Virus record (IMG/VR): IMGVR_UViG_3300024999_000038
Span: 64,001-128,000 of that record
Length of the DNA stretch: 64,000 bases
Source of the DNA: a virus
Reading direction: 5' to 3' (one strand)
Positions 49,429 through 57,525 of this stretch are shown piece after piece (the first letter of the stretch is position 1; each line of letters begins with the position of its first letter). The notes under the pieces were generated by a model. It made no database searches. It was not told the origin of the DNA and saw only the letters and a program-made list of their open reading frames with translations. The position numbers and the translations under genes were made by a program.

Positions 49429-49493
49429 TAAAATCATTGCAGGAGTAGGCTTTCAGGGTTCGGTACATGGCATAAAACATGTCTTTCGTTGGA
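49429..49493. repeat. Composite 65-bp site, copy 5 (last junction site seen)
   Basis: TAAAATCATT-gcaggag-TAGGCTTTCA-gggttcggtaca-TGGCAT-AAAA-catgtc-TTTC-GTTGGA. Confidence 0.7.
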
Positions 49494-50326
49494 TTATAAG
49501 GAGAATTATATGCATAAAATAAAAGGATATTGGAGTAAATTTGTTTTAATTCAAATGATAGTAATAATACTTTTATCTATAGTTGGATTGCCTAAAAGTA
49601 ATTCTGGTATGTATTGGTGGATGGGAGTCACTTTTGTTGATATGATTGCTACTCATCCTGTATTTTATGAAGAGGAGGAAGATAATCATGGATTTAGCAG
49701 ACGTAATTAAAAACTGTAAAGAAGGCGAAGTATATAAAGCTACTTATGCTTTATGGAATAATTGGTATATAACCAAAAGCGTTGGATTTATAAGATATTG
49801 TGATGAGAATGGAAATGTATCCAATGAAGATGAAACAATTAAGTTGACTCCTAGTAATTTAAGAGCAGAATATGAATTGATTAAGGGATAGAAAGGAGCA
49901 GTGAATAATGGACGATGGAGGAGTACAAGAAATCAAAGTAATACCATTATGGGCAAGAATCATATCTTGGATATTTAGTGGAGTGATCACCATTATGGGG
50001 ATTATAATATTTATTATTGGTTCTTGGAGTCTAGGAAGCAGTATGTTGAAAGAAATTAATACATTTGGAATGTTAGAATCTTTAATAACATTAGGAATGG
50101 GATTTTTAATAATGTTATCTTCATTGTTGTTTGCTACATTATTTGTTTTAATACTAAAACGTTTAGTGAAATGGAAATGGTTATAAACAATTGAAATTTA
50201 ATTATATATTGACGAGAGGATGTGATTGTAATGTAGAAATAAATATTTTGTTGGACAATGAATAAAAAATAAGCTGTTGGCAATACTATCTACCAAGGGA
50301 ATAAATTAAAGGTAAGGTGATAGTAT

Positions 50327-50758
50327 ATGCAAGTAGTAAATAAAGTTGCACAACATAATCAACCACAACAATTTAATAGAGGAGACATTTACTTAGCTAC
50401 AGTTGAAAATAATGTCGGAGGGTCAGTGCAAAATATTTGTCAGAGACCAATGATTATAATTTCAAATCCTATGAGTTTACTGCACTCGCCTGTGATTCAC
50501 GCAATTCCATTATCTTCTAAGACTTTTAAGCGATGGATTCCAACTCACGTTTCTGTACCTATGGCTAGTAGTGGTTTATTAAAGGATTCAATTGCACTTT
50601 GCGAACAAGTAATGTTGCTCCCGAAAGAGGTTTTTAGTAAAAAAATTGGCACATGCAGTAGTTTAATTGTAAACAAATTAGAAGAGGGTTTAATGGTACA
50701 ATTCGGGTTGTTTAATCATAGTCAAAATGTAAGAAACAATGTTGCTTATGCAAATTAA
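50327..50758 (+). CDS. PemK/MazF-family endoribonuclease-like protein
   Basis: RGDIYLA...GSVQ...RPMIIISN...SP...IPLSS...PTHV...GLLKDSIALCEQV. Confidence 0.85.
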   Translation: MQVVNKVAQHNQPQQFNRGDIYLATVENNVGGSVQNICQRPMIIISNPMSLLHSPVIHAIPLSSKTFKRWIPTHVSVPMASSGLLKDSIALCEQVMLLPKEVFSKKIGTCSSLIVNKLEEGLMVQFGLFNHSQNVRNNVAYAN

Positions 50759-50780
50759 AGAAGGAGAGATTATTTAAATA

Positions 50781-52379
50781 TTGGGGAAAATGAAAACTAC
50801 AGAACAGTATAGACAAGATTTAGAAGAATACAATTTAAAATATAATACAAAAATAGAGTTAAAGAATGGAGTTGAATATAATGGTGCTAATACTAAAATA
50901 TTACATATTTGTTCGTGTGGTAAAGAGTGGTTAGTTTCACCTTCAGGCGTTATAAATAGTAGTTCGAAAACAAGTTGTGGTTATACGTTTGCAGAAAAAG
51001 GAATCGATAATCTAGGGTATAATTTTTTAGAAAAATATTGGGATTATAAAACAAATAACGAATTAGGAATTGATCCTTGGAAAATTAGTTGTAGTTCTGG
51101 AAAAGAAGTTTATATATTTTGCCAAGAGAAAGATTATCATGGAAGTTATAAAGTACGTTGTGCTGATTTTAGTAATGGAAACAGGTGTGGTTATTGTCAA
51201 GGATACTATTTGGTTCATCCTTTAGATAGTTATGGACAGTATTTAATTGATTCATTTGGAATAACCGCACTAGAACTGTATTGGGATTATAATATAAACA
51301 CTGTTGATCCTTGGAAGATTACAAAACAATCAAATAAGATGGTATATATTAAATGTCAGAGGAAATATTATCATGGAAGTTATGGCATCAGGTGCAATGA
51401 TTTTATAAAAGGAGATAGATGTGGATATTGTGGAGGTAAAAAAGTACATCTATTAGATAGTCTAGGAACGTTACATCCAAAATCACTAGAATTATGGTCA
51501 AATATAAACGAAAAATCCCCATATGAATATATGCCTGGGAGCGATATGGAGGTTTGGTTTAAATGTGACAACAAGAGACATGAAGATTACCAAAAAAGAA
51601 TATATAATGCAGTAAACTGTAATTTTGGATGTCCGACATGTTCACAAGAACAAAAAGAATCTATCATGGCCTCCACACTAAAACAAGTACTAAGATATGA
51701 ATATAGTCACACAAAATGGGAATATGATGCAGGATTTAAAATAGATAATAGTATTAGTAGGTATGATATTTATGTTCCAGAATTGAATAACTTATTAATA
51801 GAATGCCAAAGTGAATATCACGATGATGAAAAACATATTATTAACGATCAACTTAAAAAACAGTTTGCTATTGATAATGGATATGAATATATAGCAATAG
51901 ACAAAAGAGATTTTTCCATAATAGAAATACTAAGGTTCTTTATACCATACATGGATAAAATTCCTGATTATGTACAATTAAATAAAAATACTACAAGAGG
52001 TTGGGATATAGAAAACGCTCAAAAATTGTTAGATAGTGGTCATACATATATAAATATAGCTAATATATTAGAAACATCAGTTACCGCGATACGTGCAAGT
52101 GTAGGAGACAATGGGTTAATCAAACCAAATAATTATACTTTTCAAGGTGAAAATATTGTTTGTCTGTCTATGGATAATAGTTTAATAAAAACATATAATT
52201 CTTGCAGTTCTGCCGCCAAAGATTTAGGAAAAGCAAATGGAACAAGTATTAGTTCATGTCTAACTAAGAAGCCTCGTTCAGACACAGGGAAAATTCGTGA
52301 AACAGCTTTTGGTTTTAAATGGATGTATTTAGTAGATTATGAAAATATGATTAAAGATCAAAATAATAAACCTCCGTAA
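50781..52379 (+). CDS. Putative homing endonuclease: repeated Zn-ribbon domains + PD-(D/E)xK-like domain + NUMOD1-like tail
   Basis: Three W..C...H...CGYC/CPTC repeats; RYDIYVPELNNLLIECQSEYH; YNSCSSAAKDL...ISSC...TAFGFKW. Confidence 0.7.
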   Translation: MGKMKTTEQYRQDLEEYNLKYNTKIELKNGVEYNGANTKILHICSCGKEWLVSPSGVINSSSKTSCGYTFAEKGIDNLGYNFLEKYWDYKTNNELGIDPWKISCSSGKEVYIFCQEKDYHGSYKVRCADFSNGNRCGYCQGYYLVHPLDSYGQYLIDSFGITALELYWDYNINTVDPWKITKQSNKMVYIKCQRKYYHGSYGIRCNDFIKGDRCGYCGGKKVHLLDSLGTLHPKSLELWSNINEKSPYEYMPGSDMEVWFKCDNKRHEDYQKRIYNAVNCNFGCPTCSQEQKESIMASTLKQVLRYEYSHTKWEYDAGFKIDNSISRYDIYVPELNNLLIECQSEYHDDEKHIINDQLKKQFAIDNGYEYIAIDKRDFSIIEILRFFIPYMDKIPDYVQLNKNTTRGWDIENAQKLLDSGHTYINIANILETSVTAIRASVGDNGLIKPNNYTFQGENIVCLSMDNSLIKTYNSCSSAAKDLGKANGTSISSCLTKKPRSDTGKIRETAFGFKWMYLVDYENMIKDQNNKPP

Positions 52380-52430
52380 TCAATACATAAATTCTAATAA
52401 TAAATAATAAAAGGAGAGATAATATAATAA

Positions 52431-53048
52431 ATGGTTGAAACATTAATATTTAGTCTGCTGTGTCTAAAAACAAAATTTGATCTAAAACTAGGCAAACTCC
52501 AAATACATAAAGAATCATACCTAATAAAACCAATGCTAAAAAGATGGAGCATCTATCCTGTAATATTTATGTCAATATTCTATGTCTATCTACAATACAC
52601 AATAATGAATCAGAATTACTATTTTCTTCAATATCAACACATAATAAAGAATGCTATATTAGGTTCATATATGATTCTAGGGCTTGATGTTTTGTTTAGG
52701 CATGAAAAGTATAAAGAGTATATTATAGCCTGTTGTAGTCTCTTGTGTGGCTTTACATTGAATAAGATTGTAATGCATTTCAATAATAATCTCATGCCAA
52801 TCTTCCCATCAATATCTTATTCAACAGGTTACACGCAATATGGTATGATTACGAATGCTTCTAAATTTAGCGATTTTCATGTTCTCGGAGATCATACAAC
52901 AAGATTGATATTTTTGGCCGATGTGTTTGATATAGGTGGTAGCATTTGGTCGGTCGGGGATATTTTAGTTAGATTATTTGCTTTTATAATTGTGTATTAT
53001 GCGGGTAAAGTAGTTAGTAAAATGCATACGAACAAAATATTGAATTAA
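52431..53048 (+). CDS. DUF5317-like integral membrane protein
   Basis: G..LN..V...N...MP...H....T.L.FLAD...SVGD motif set. Confidence 0.65.
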   Translation: MVETLIFSLLCLKTKFDLKLGKLQIHKESYLIKPMLKRWSIYPVIFMSIFYVYLQYTIMNQNYYFLQYQHIIKNAILGSYMILGLDVLFRHEKYKEYIIACCSLLCGFTLNKIVMHFNNNLMPIFPSISYSTGYTQYGMITNASKFSDFHVLGDHTTRLIFLADVFDIGGSIWSVGDILVRLFAFIIVYYAGKVVSKMHTNKILN

Positions 53049-53064
53049 TAAATAAATATAAAGC

Positions 53065-53093
53065 TTGCATTACACTCTTACATATGGTATACT
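53065..53093 (+). promoter_or_regulatory. SigA-type promoter for the membrane protein-agrD unit
   Basis: TTGCAT-17-TATACT with extended TG. Confidence 0.65.
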
Positions 53094-53133
53094 TGTTTTA
53101 GATTAAGAAACGAATAAGAAAGAGGTAATACAT

Positions 53134-53955
53134 ATGCAGAGTGTAACAAATGCTTTGTTGAATACAGTATTTGTAAGTTTACCAGAGGAAACATTTTACG
53201 CAATGATGACATTGATATTTTTGAAAAGATATGATCTATTAGATTTTAGAATGTGGAAAGAAAACATTACAACACTTATGATACCTATAATTCCAGTATC
53301 AATATTAATTAATATATTTAGATATATTATAATTATAGATAAAATACAAATGATGATTATTACAATAGTGATATTTTACATATTGTTATTATATATTGTT
53401 ATAAAATATAAAGTTGAAGATATTGAAAGAATACATATGAAAGTTTTATTAAACTTAGCATATAGCGTAGCAATATGGGTGTTCTTAGAAGAGATAACCT
53501 ATCCATCATTATTGTTTTTGATGAATTACCCACTCGAATTTATATCAAATAATATATTTTGGAATTTTATTTTAAGTGTTCCTTCAAGGATAATTGCTAT
53601 GGTTATAATAATATACAACATAGTTAAAAATAGTAACGAAATAAGCAATATAGAAGTTCTTGACGTCATTACTAATAATAAACTTTATCGAAGAATAATG
53701 CTTTTCTGCACAATGTCATTTATTTTATTATCATTATTCTTAATTAAACTTATTTGGTGTAATAAAATATTTGACAATAAGGTTCCTTTGTTTGAAAAGA
53801 TTATTATTACTGAATCGCTTTTTGTTTTGCCAGTAGTTGTAATATTCCTAATAATTATATTAATCAACAATCTTCTTGTAAAAGAAAAACAAATACAACA
53901 GTCTTATGAAAATCTTGTTATGCAAGACGACATAATGCTTGATGTAGAAGATTGA
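53134..53955 (+). CDS. Polytopic membrane protein resembling an AgrC/VirS sensor domain without kinase (paralog 1)
   Basis: About 7 hydrophobic segments; ends ~25 aa after the last TM with no H-box or HATPase; directly precedes agrD. Confidence 0.55.
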   Translation: MQSVTNALLNTVFVSLPEETFYAMMTLIFLKRYDLLDFRMWKENITTLMIPIIPVSILINIFRYIIIIDKIQMMIITIVIFYILLLYIVIKYKVEDIERIHMKVLLNLAYSVAIWVFLEEITYPSLLFLMNYPLEFISNNIFWNFILSVPSRIIAMVIIIYNIVKNSNEISNIEVLDVITNNKLYRRIMLFCTMSFILLSLFLIKLIWCNKIFDNKVPLFEKIIITESLFVLPVVVIFLIIILINNLLVKEKQIQQSYENLVMQDDIMLDVED

Positions 53956-53977
53956 TATGAAAGGAGGTGAAAAATTA

Positions 53978-54094
53978 ATGAAAAAGTACGCAATTATCGC
54001 TGGAGTGGTTGCTTTGTCAGCCGCAATGTTCTCAAATGTATTTGCTTCTATGTTCTTTTCTCATCAACCAAAAACTCCTAATTGCATGAAATAA
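53978..54094 (+). CDS. agrD: AgrD cyclic autoinducing peptide precursor (38 aa)
   Basis: AAGGAGGTGA RBS; MKKYAIIAGVVALSAAMFSNVFASMFFSHQPKTPNCMK carries the clostridial A-[C/S]-x-F/W-F-x-HQP-x-x-P signature. Not in the ORF track. Confidence 0.9.
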   Translation: MKKYAIIAGVVALSAAMFSNVFASMFFSHQPKTPNCMK

Positions 54095-54106
54095 TTTTAC
54101 CATACA

Positions 54107-54136
54107 TATAGGGAAGGACTTCGGTTCTTCCCTATA
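54107..54136 (+). terminator. Strong stem-loop after agrD
   Basis: TATAGGGAAGGAC-TTCG-GTTCTTCCCTATA (cUUCGg tetraloop); no U-tract, so terminator or mRNA stabiliser. Confidence 0.6.
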
Positions 54137-54176
54137 AATCTAATATAAAATATTTTATAAATTTACTAAAAATCTA

Positions 54177-54204
54177 TTGACATATCTCCCAAATATGGTA
54201 AGAT
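54177..54204 (+). promoter_or_regulatory. SigA-type promoter for the HTH-mazF-agrB unit
   Basis: TTGACA-16-TAAGAT with extended TG. Confidence 0.6.
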
Positions 54205-54271
54205 GTATTTAATGAAGTTGTAAATAAATTATATATACATCATTATAAATTGAAAAGGGAGTTGTGTTATT

Positions 54272-55060
54272 ATGTTTGAAAAATTTATTGGTAAAAAAGA
54301 GAGTACTATTACTGAGGAGAATACAAAAAAGGATTTCAAAAAGTTGGCTACATATGTTACTTTAGCCAAAGGCCCAAGAACTATTAATGGATTCGCAGCA
54401 GACTGCAAAACAAATGCTGACTATCTAGCTGATATTATCCATGTAAAAATCAATTCTTATCCTCAAGTTCAATTTCTGAAAATAATATCTGAAAATTCAC
54501 AAGGCAGAGTTTCATTAGATGATCTTAAATTATCTTGTGGATATTCTTTATATGAACATAATGATATGGAGCAAATAAAAAATATTAATGTTCGCAGAGG
54601 ATGGTTTTGTTACGTAAATCTAGGCCAAGTTTTGGACTCGGAATATGGGGGAAATCGAATGTGTTTGGTAGTGCAAAACGACGTAGGGAATCATTTCTCA
54701 AGCACATCAATTATTTTACCATTGACTTCTAGAAAATCAAAAGTAAAGCTTCCTACTCACGTCGAAGTTGGAATAAAAAATTGCGGATTACCGCAAGATT
54801 CGATTGTTAGTTGTGAGCAAATTCGTTGCGTATCGAAAAGGAGACTTATTCAAAATGGAATAGTCCAGAAAGTATCAGAATGTCCTCCAGATGTAATGTT
54901 AAAGGTAGAGGTGGCTTTATTAAAAGCACAAGGAGTTATACATCTTAAAATGAATGAACAGGAAGCTATTCAGCACTTAATGAACATGAATACCCAAAAA
55001 ACATACCAGTATCAAAATAATTATGCTAGTGCAGGACAGCAGGTGGCCTATGCACGATAA
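54272..55060 (+). CDS. XRE-like HTH fused to a PemK/MazF domain
   Basis: N-term LAKGPRTINGFAADC...P..QFLKII...QGRVSLDDLKLSCGY; C-term VRRG...SEYGGNRMCLVVQNDVGNHFS...LPLTS...LPTHV...DSIVSCEQIRCVSKRRL. Confidence 0.85.
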   Translation: MFEKFIGKKESTITEENTKKDFKKLATYVTLAKGPRTINGFAADCKTNADYLADIIHVKINSYPQVQFLKIISENSQGRVSLDDLKLSCGYSLYEHNDMEQIKNINVRRGWFCYVNLGQVLDSEYGGNRMCLVVQNDVGNHFSSTSIILPLTSRKSKVKLPTHVEVGIKNCGLPQDSIVSCEQIRCVSKRRLIQNGIVQKVSECPPDVMLKVEVALLKAQGVIHLKMNEQEAIQHLMNMNTQKTYQYQNNYASAGQQVAYAR

Positions 55061-55076
55061 AAGAAAGGAAGATTAA

Positions 55077-55784
55077 ATGTTTTCAGTTCAAGATATTTCT
55101 GATCAATTGGCTACTAAACTATCAAAAAAAATATCATTAGATAAATTTAAAGAAGTTTGGGGGATCGTTATAAAAATATTCCCATCACTTGCTGATAAGC
55201 TTAATCTTGAACAAATAAAATCAATAAATGACTTATTAGGTTTATATAGTTATGGGATAACGGTATTTGTAGGATTACTATTCAAAGGCCCATTATTGAT
55301 TATAATATCAATTATCTTTGGAATATTTACACCAATTATGTTTGTGGTAACCACATTTTCAAGTTTTAGGGTTGTAGCAGGTGGTTACCATATGCAGACA
55401 TATTTAAGGTGTTGGATTGTAAGTTTTGTCACATTTATTGGATCTGCACTTATAGTCCAACACACACTTCAATATTGGTCTACCCAAAATATCTCTTCAC
55501 TCTTCATATTTTGTATTTTAATGGGATTATATATAATTTTTAGATATATTCCTCGCGACACACCCAATAAGCCAATTACAGAGCCATTGGAGATAGCAAA
55601 GTTTAAAAAATGGTCGTTATACTACTTAATTTCATGGGTAACAATAATGACCATTTTCTTATTCTTTAATCTAAAATTAATTGTTATTTCAAGTTGTTTT
55701 GGATTATTATTGGAATTATTTTCAATAAGTAAAATTGGTTATAGTCTATATTCCCTTGTAGATGATATTGGTATACATAAATAA
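55077..55784 (+). CDS. agrB: AgrB accessory gene regulator protease/cyclase
   Basis: FRVVAGGYHMQTYLRC (conserved R, GG-x-H and catalytic C) and PRDTPNKPI motif; multi-TM. Confidence 0.92.
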   Translation: MFSVQDISDQLATKLSKKISLDKFKEVWGIVIKIFPSLADKLNLEQIKSINDLLGLYSYGITVFVGLLFKGPLLIIISIIFGIFTPIMFVVTTFSSFRVVAGGYHMQTYLRCWIVSFVTFIGSALIVQHTLQYWSTQNISSLFIFCILMGLYIIFRYIPRDTPNKPITEPLEIAKFKKWSLYYLISWVTIMTIFLFFNLKLIVISSCFGLLLELFSISKIGYSLYSLVDDIGIHK

Positions 55785-55956
55785 TATCTCACAAACCACC
55801 TTACTATCCCACCTTATCCCATAATTGCAATACTTTATTCAATTTATTTTTCCAACATTTATGATATATTTACAGCAACAAGTAATAGCACATAATAACT
55901 GCCCCTTACTCAAACCACACCCACAAACTAAATAAAAAGAAGGAAGGAAACCCTAT

Positions 55957-56820
55957 ATGTCTATTACCAATGCTGTACTAAATCTACTATTTGTCTCCAT
56001 CCCAGAAGAAGCATTTATAGCAATAATAGCTATAACATTCCTAAATAAACTAGATAATCTTTTCGATATCTATATGTGGAAGAACAATCTCAAATGGCTT
56101 ATGATAGCAACATTGCCCACATCAATATTAATTTGTGTTTTACGATTTGTAATGTCTGTTCCCCAAAATATTGTAGTAAAATTAGCCATAATTATAATGA
56201 TTGCTTCAATGATATACATAGTAATTAAAAACTCTGACAAAATTACTATTCTATTAATATTTAAAACAGCAATGTTTACATTAGCAGGATTTGTAATTAC
56301 AGGAATATTGGAATACTCATATTGCCCAATAATATTCTCATTATTACATAAACCACAAGAATTTTTTAATAATGTTTTCCTCTATAATTTTCTATTAGGT
56401 TTACCTGCAAGAGTCCTTTACACCTGTATTATCACTTTTATCATAATGAAGAAAAATGGCAAAGTTAAAGTAAATTTATTTGATACTTTAGTCAAAAGCA
56501 AATTAATCATTGGTATTTTCATTGCTACAATATTATCTGTAGTTTCATTAATTGCCTATGTTGCTAAATTGATAGAAAATGAAAGCATTTTGTTTAGTTT
56601 TCAATTCATTGATCAATTTATTATCATTGTAATAATCACATCTGTACCAACTATTTTAATCACATTGTTATTGATAGTTATTAATTATTTAATATCAGGT
56701 GAGAAGGAAAATCAGCAAATGTACGAGAATGCTATGGGTAGTAGGGATGAGAATGAGGATATAAATGAGGATGGTAATAATAGTAGCGATGAAGATATTT
56801 ATGAAAATTATTATGAATAA
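55957..56820 (+). CDS. Polytopic membrane protein, kinase-less AgrC-like (paralog 2), acidic tail
   Basis: SITNAVLNLLFVSIPEEAF versus SVTNALLNTVFVSLPEETF; NFLLGLPAR versus NFILSVPSR; EKENQQMYEN versus EKQIQQSYEN. Confidence 0.55.
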   Translation: MSITNAVLNLLFVSIPEEAFIAIIAITFLNKLDNLFDIYMWKNNLKWLMIATLPTSILICVLRFVMSVPQNIVVKLAIIIMIASMIYIVIKNSDKITILLIFKTAMFTLAGFVITGILEYSYCPIIFSLLHKPQEFFNNVFLYNFLLGLPARVLYTCIITFIIMKKNGKVKVNLFDTLVKSKLIIGIFIATILSVVSLIAYVAKLIENESILFSFQFIDQFIIIVIITSVPTILITLLLIVINYLISGEKENQQMYENAMGSRDENEDINEDGNNSSDEDIYENYYE

Positions 56821-56991
56821 TTATTATAAATAGGAGGCGATAATAATGCTCTAAAAATAGTTCCAAAGCACTAAGACTATTGACCTATATCAAATGGCAA
56901 TATTCCTATTCTAATAAATAAATAAGATAAAACAATGTCGAAAAACCGAACATAACATCCCAAAATAACATAATTATTGGTAATTTTGTTC

Positions 56992-57020
56992 TTGATTCTT
57001 GAACAAATGTTCTATATAAT
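56992..57020 (+). promoter_or_regulatory. SigA promoter with a LexA (SOS) box in its spacer
   Basis: TTGATT-17-TATAAT with GAAC-AAAT-GTTC at 57001-57012. Confidence 0.7.
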
Positions 57021-57101
57021 AATATCAAGGAGGTATTGAAAGAACAAAGATATAATTTGTTGAATATCCAAATATTAGAAAATAAAGGAGAGATTTTAAA
57101 T

Positions 57102-57509
57102 ATGAATTGTATTAAAACAGAAGACAATGTGAGATATACATGGGCCATCAAAGATTCAAAAGGTAATTTTGCCCATAAGGGCAGTATACGTAAAATCAAT
57201 AAAGATACTTGGCAATACATATCGTTTAAGACATTCTCCCAAGAAGCTAGGGGATACACATCCAAGGAATCTGCTGAAAAAGCATTGGCTTTCTTAAATA
57301 AAAAGAATGACATTGCAGGATTCAAATTTGTTTTTCATATTGAGTGTCTTAACTTAAATAAAATAATTGATGAAAACACCATATTCCAAGGTAAAAATAT
57401 GCTTATATATGAAAAAGAAGTGGTATCAGCTGCTTATAAAATGGGAAAAGTGGCAAAAACATGTGTCTGTACATGTTTACCAACTCTAATATTAGCCAGT
57501 ATAATTTAA
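57102..57509 (+). CDS. Hypothetical protein, probably SOS-inducible
   Basis: ATG 57102 after AAAGGAG (tracked TTG 57036 is an alternative); monocistronic between the SOS promoter and a hairpin. Confidence 0.65.
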   Translation: MNCIKTEDNVRYTWAIKDSKGNFAHKGSIRKINKDTWQYISFKTFSQEARGYTSKESAEKALAFLNKKNDIAGFKFVFHIECLNLNKIIDENTIFQGKNMLIYEKEVVSAAYKMGKVAKTCVCTCLPTLILASII

Positions 57510-57525
57510 TTAATTAACTCCACGC

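Larger units (their letters stand above)
3040..49493. repeat. Dispersed family of ~40 intergenic 26-bp imperfect palindromes, consensus ~TCCNWN-RAAW-N6-TTTY-NNNGGA
   Basis: Examples: 29585-29610 TCCTAC-GAAA-GAAGGG-TTTC-TTAGGA; 36424-36449 TCCTTC-GAAT-CGTGAA-TTTT-CTGGGA; 47565-47590 TACCGT-GAAT-ATCAAA-TTTC-GTGGGA; 25033-25058 CCCTAT-GAAA-GTCAAT-TTTC-AACGGA. Located at gene junctions. Confidence 0.75.
1161..50186 (+). other. Accessory tract of >100 small, co-oriented hypothetical phage ORFs (many Cys-rich/Zn-ribbon, several <60 aa and absent from the ORF track)
   Basis: Tightly packed + strand ORFs, most with Firmicute RBS (AAGGAG/GGAGG). Untracked example: ~5787-5927 MVEATGVCSRCKYMW... Confidence 0.85.

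Noticed and set aside
3040-49493. Junction palindromes as a CRISPR array, LexA boxes or terminators
   Set aside because: They are separated by whole genes rather than spacers and no cas genes are present. The spacer is 6 nt with RAAW/TTTY arms, not GAAC-N4-GTTC. The stems are too AT-rich and imperfect for terminators.
55796-55820. CCACCTTA direct repeat upstream of paralog 2 as an AgrA/LytTR site
   Set aside because: The period is 13 bp rather than the ~21-22 bp typical of LytTR sites, and the region is low-complexity and C-rich.
53134-56820. Membrane paralogs as CAAX/Abi (MroQ-like) proteases because of the EE motif
   Set aside because: They lack the EExxxR arginine and the FxxxH/HxxxN motifs.
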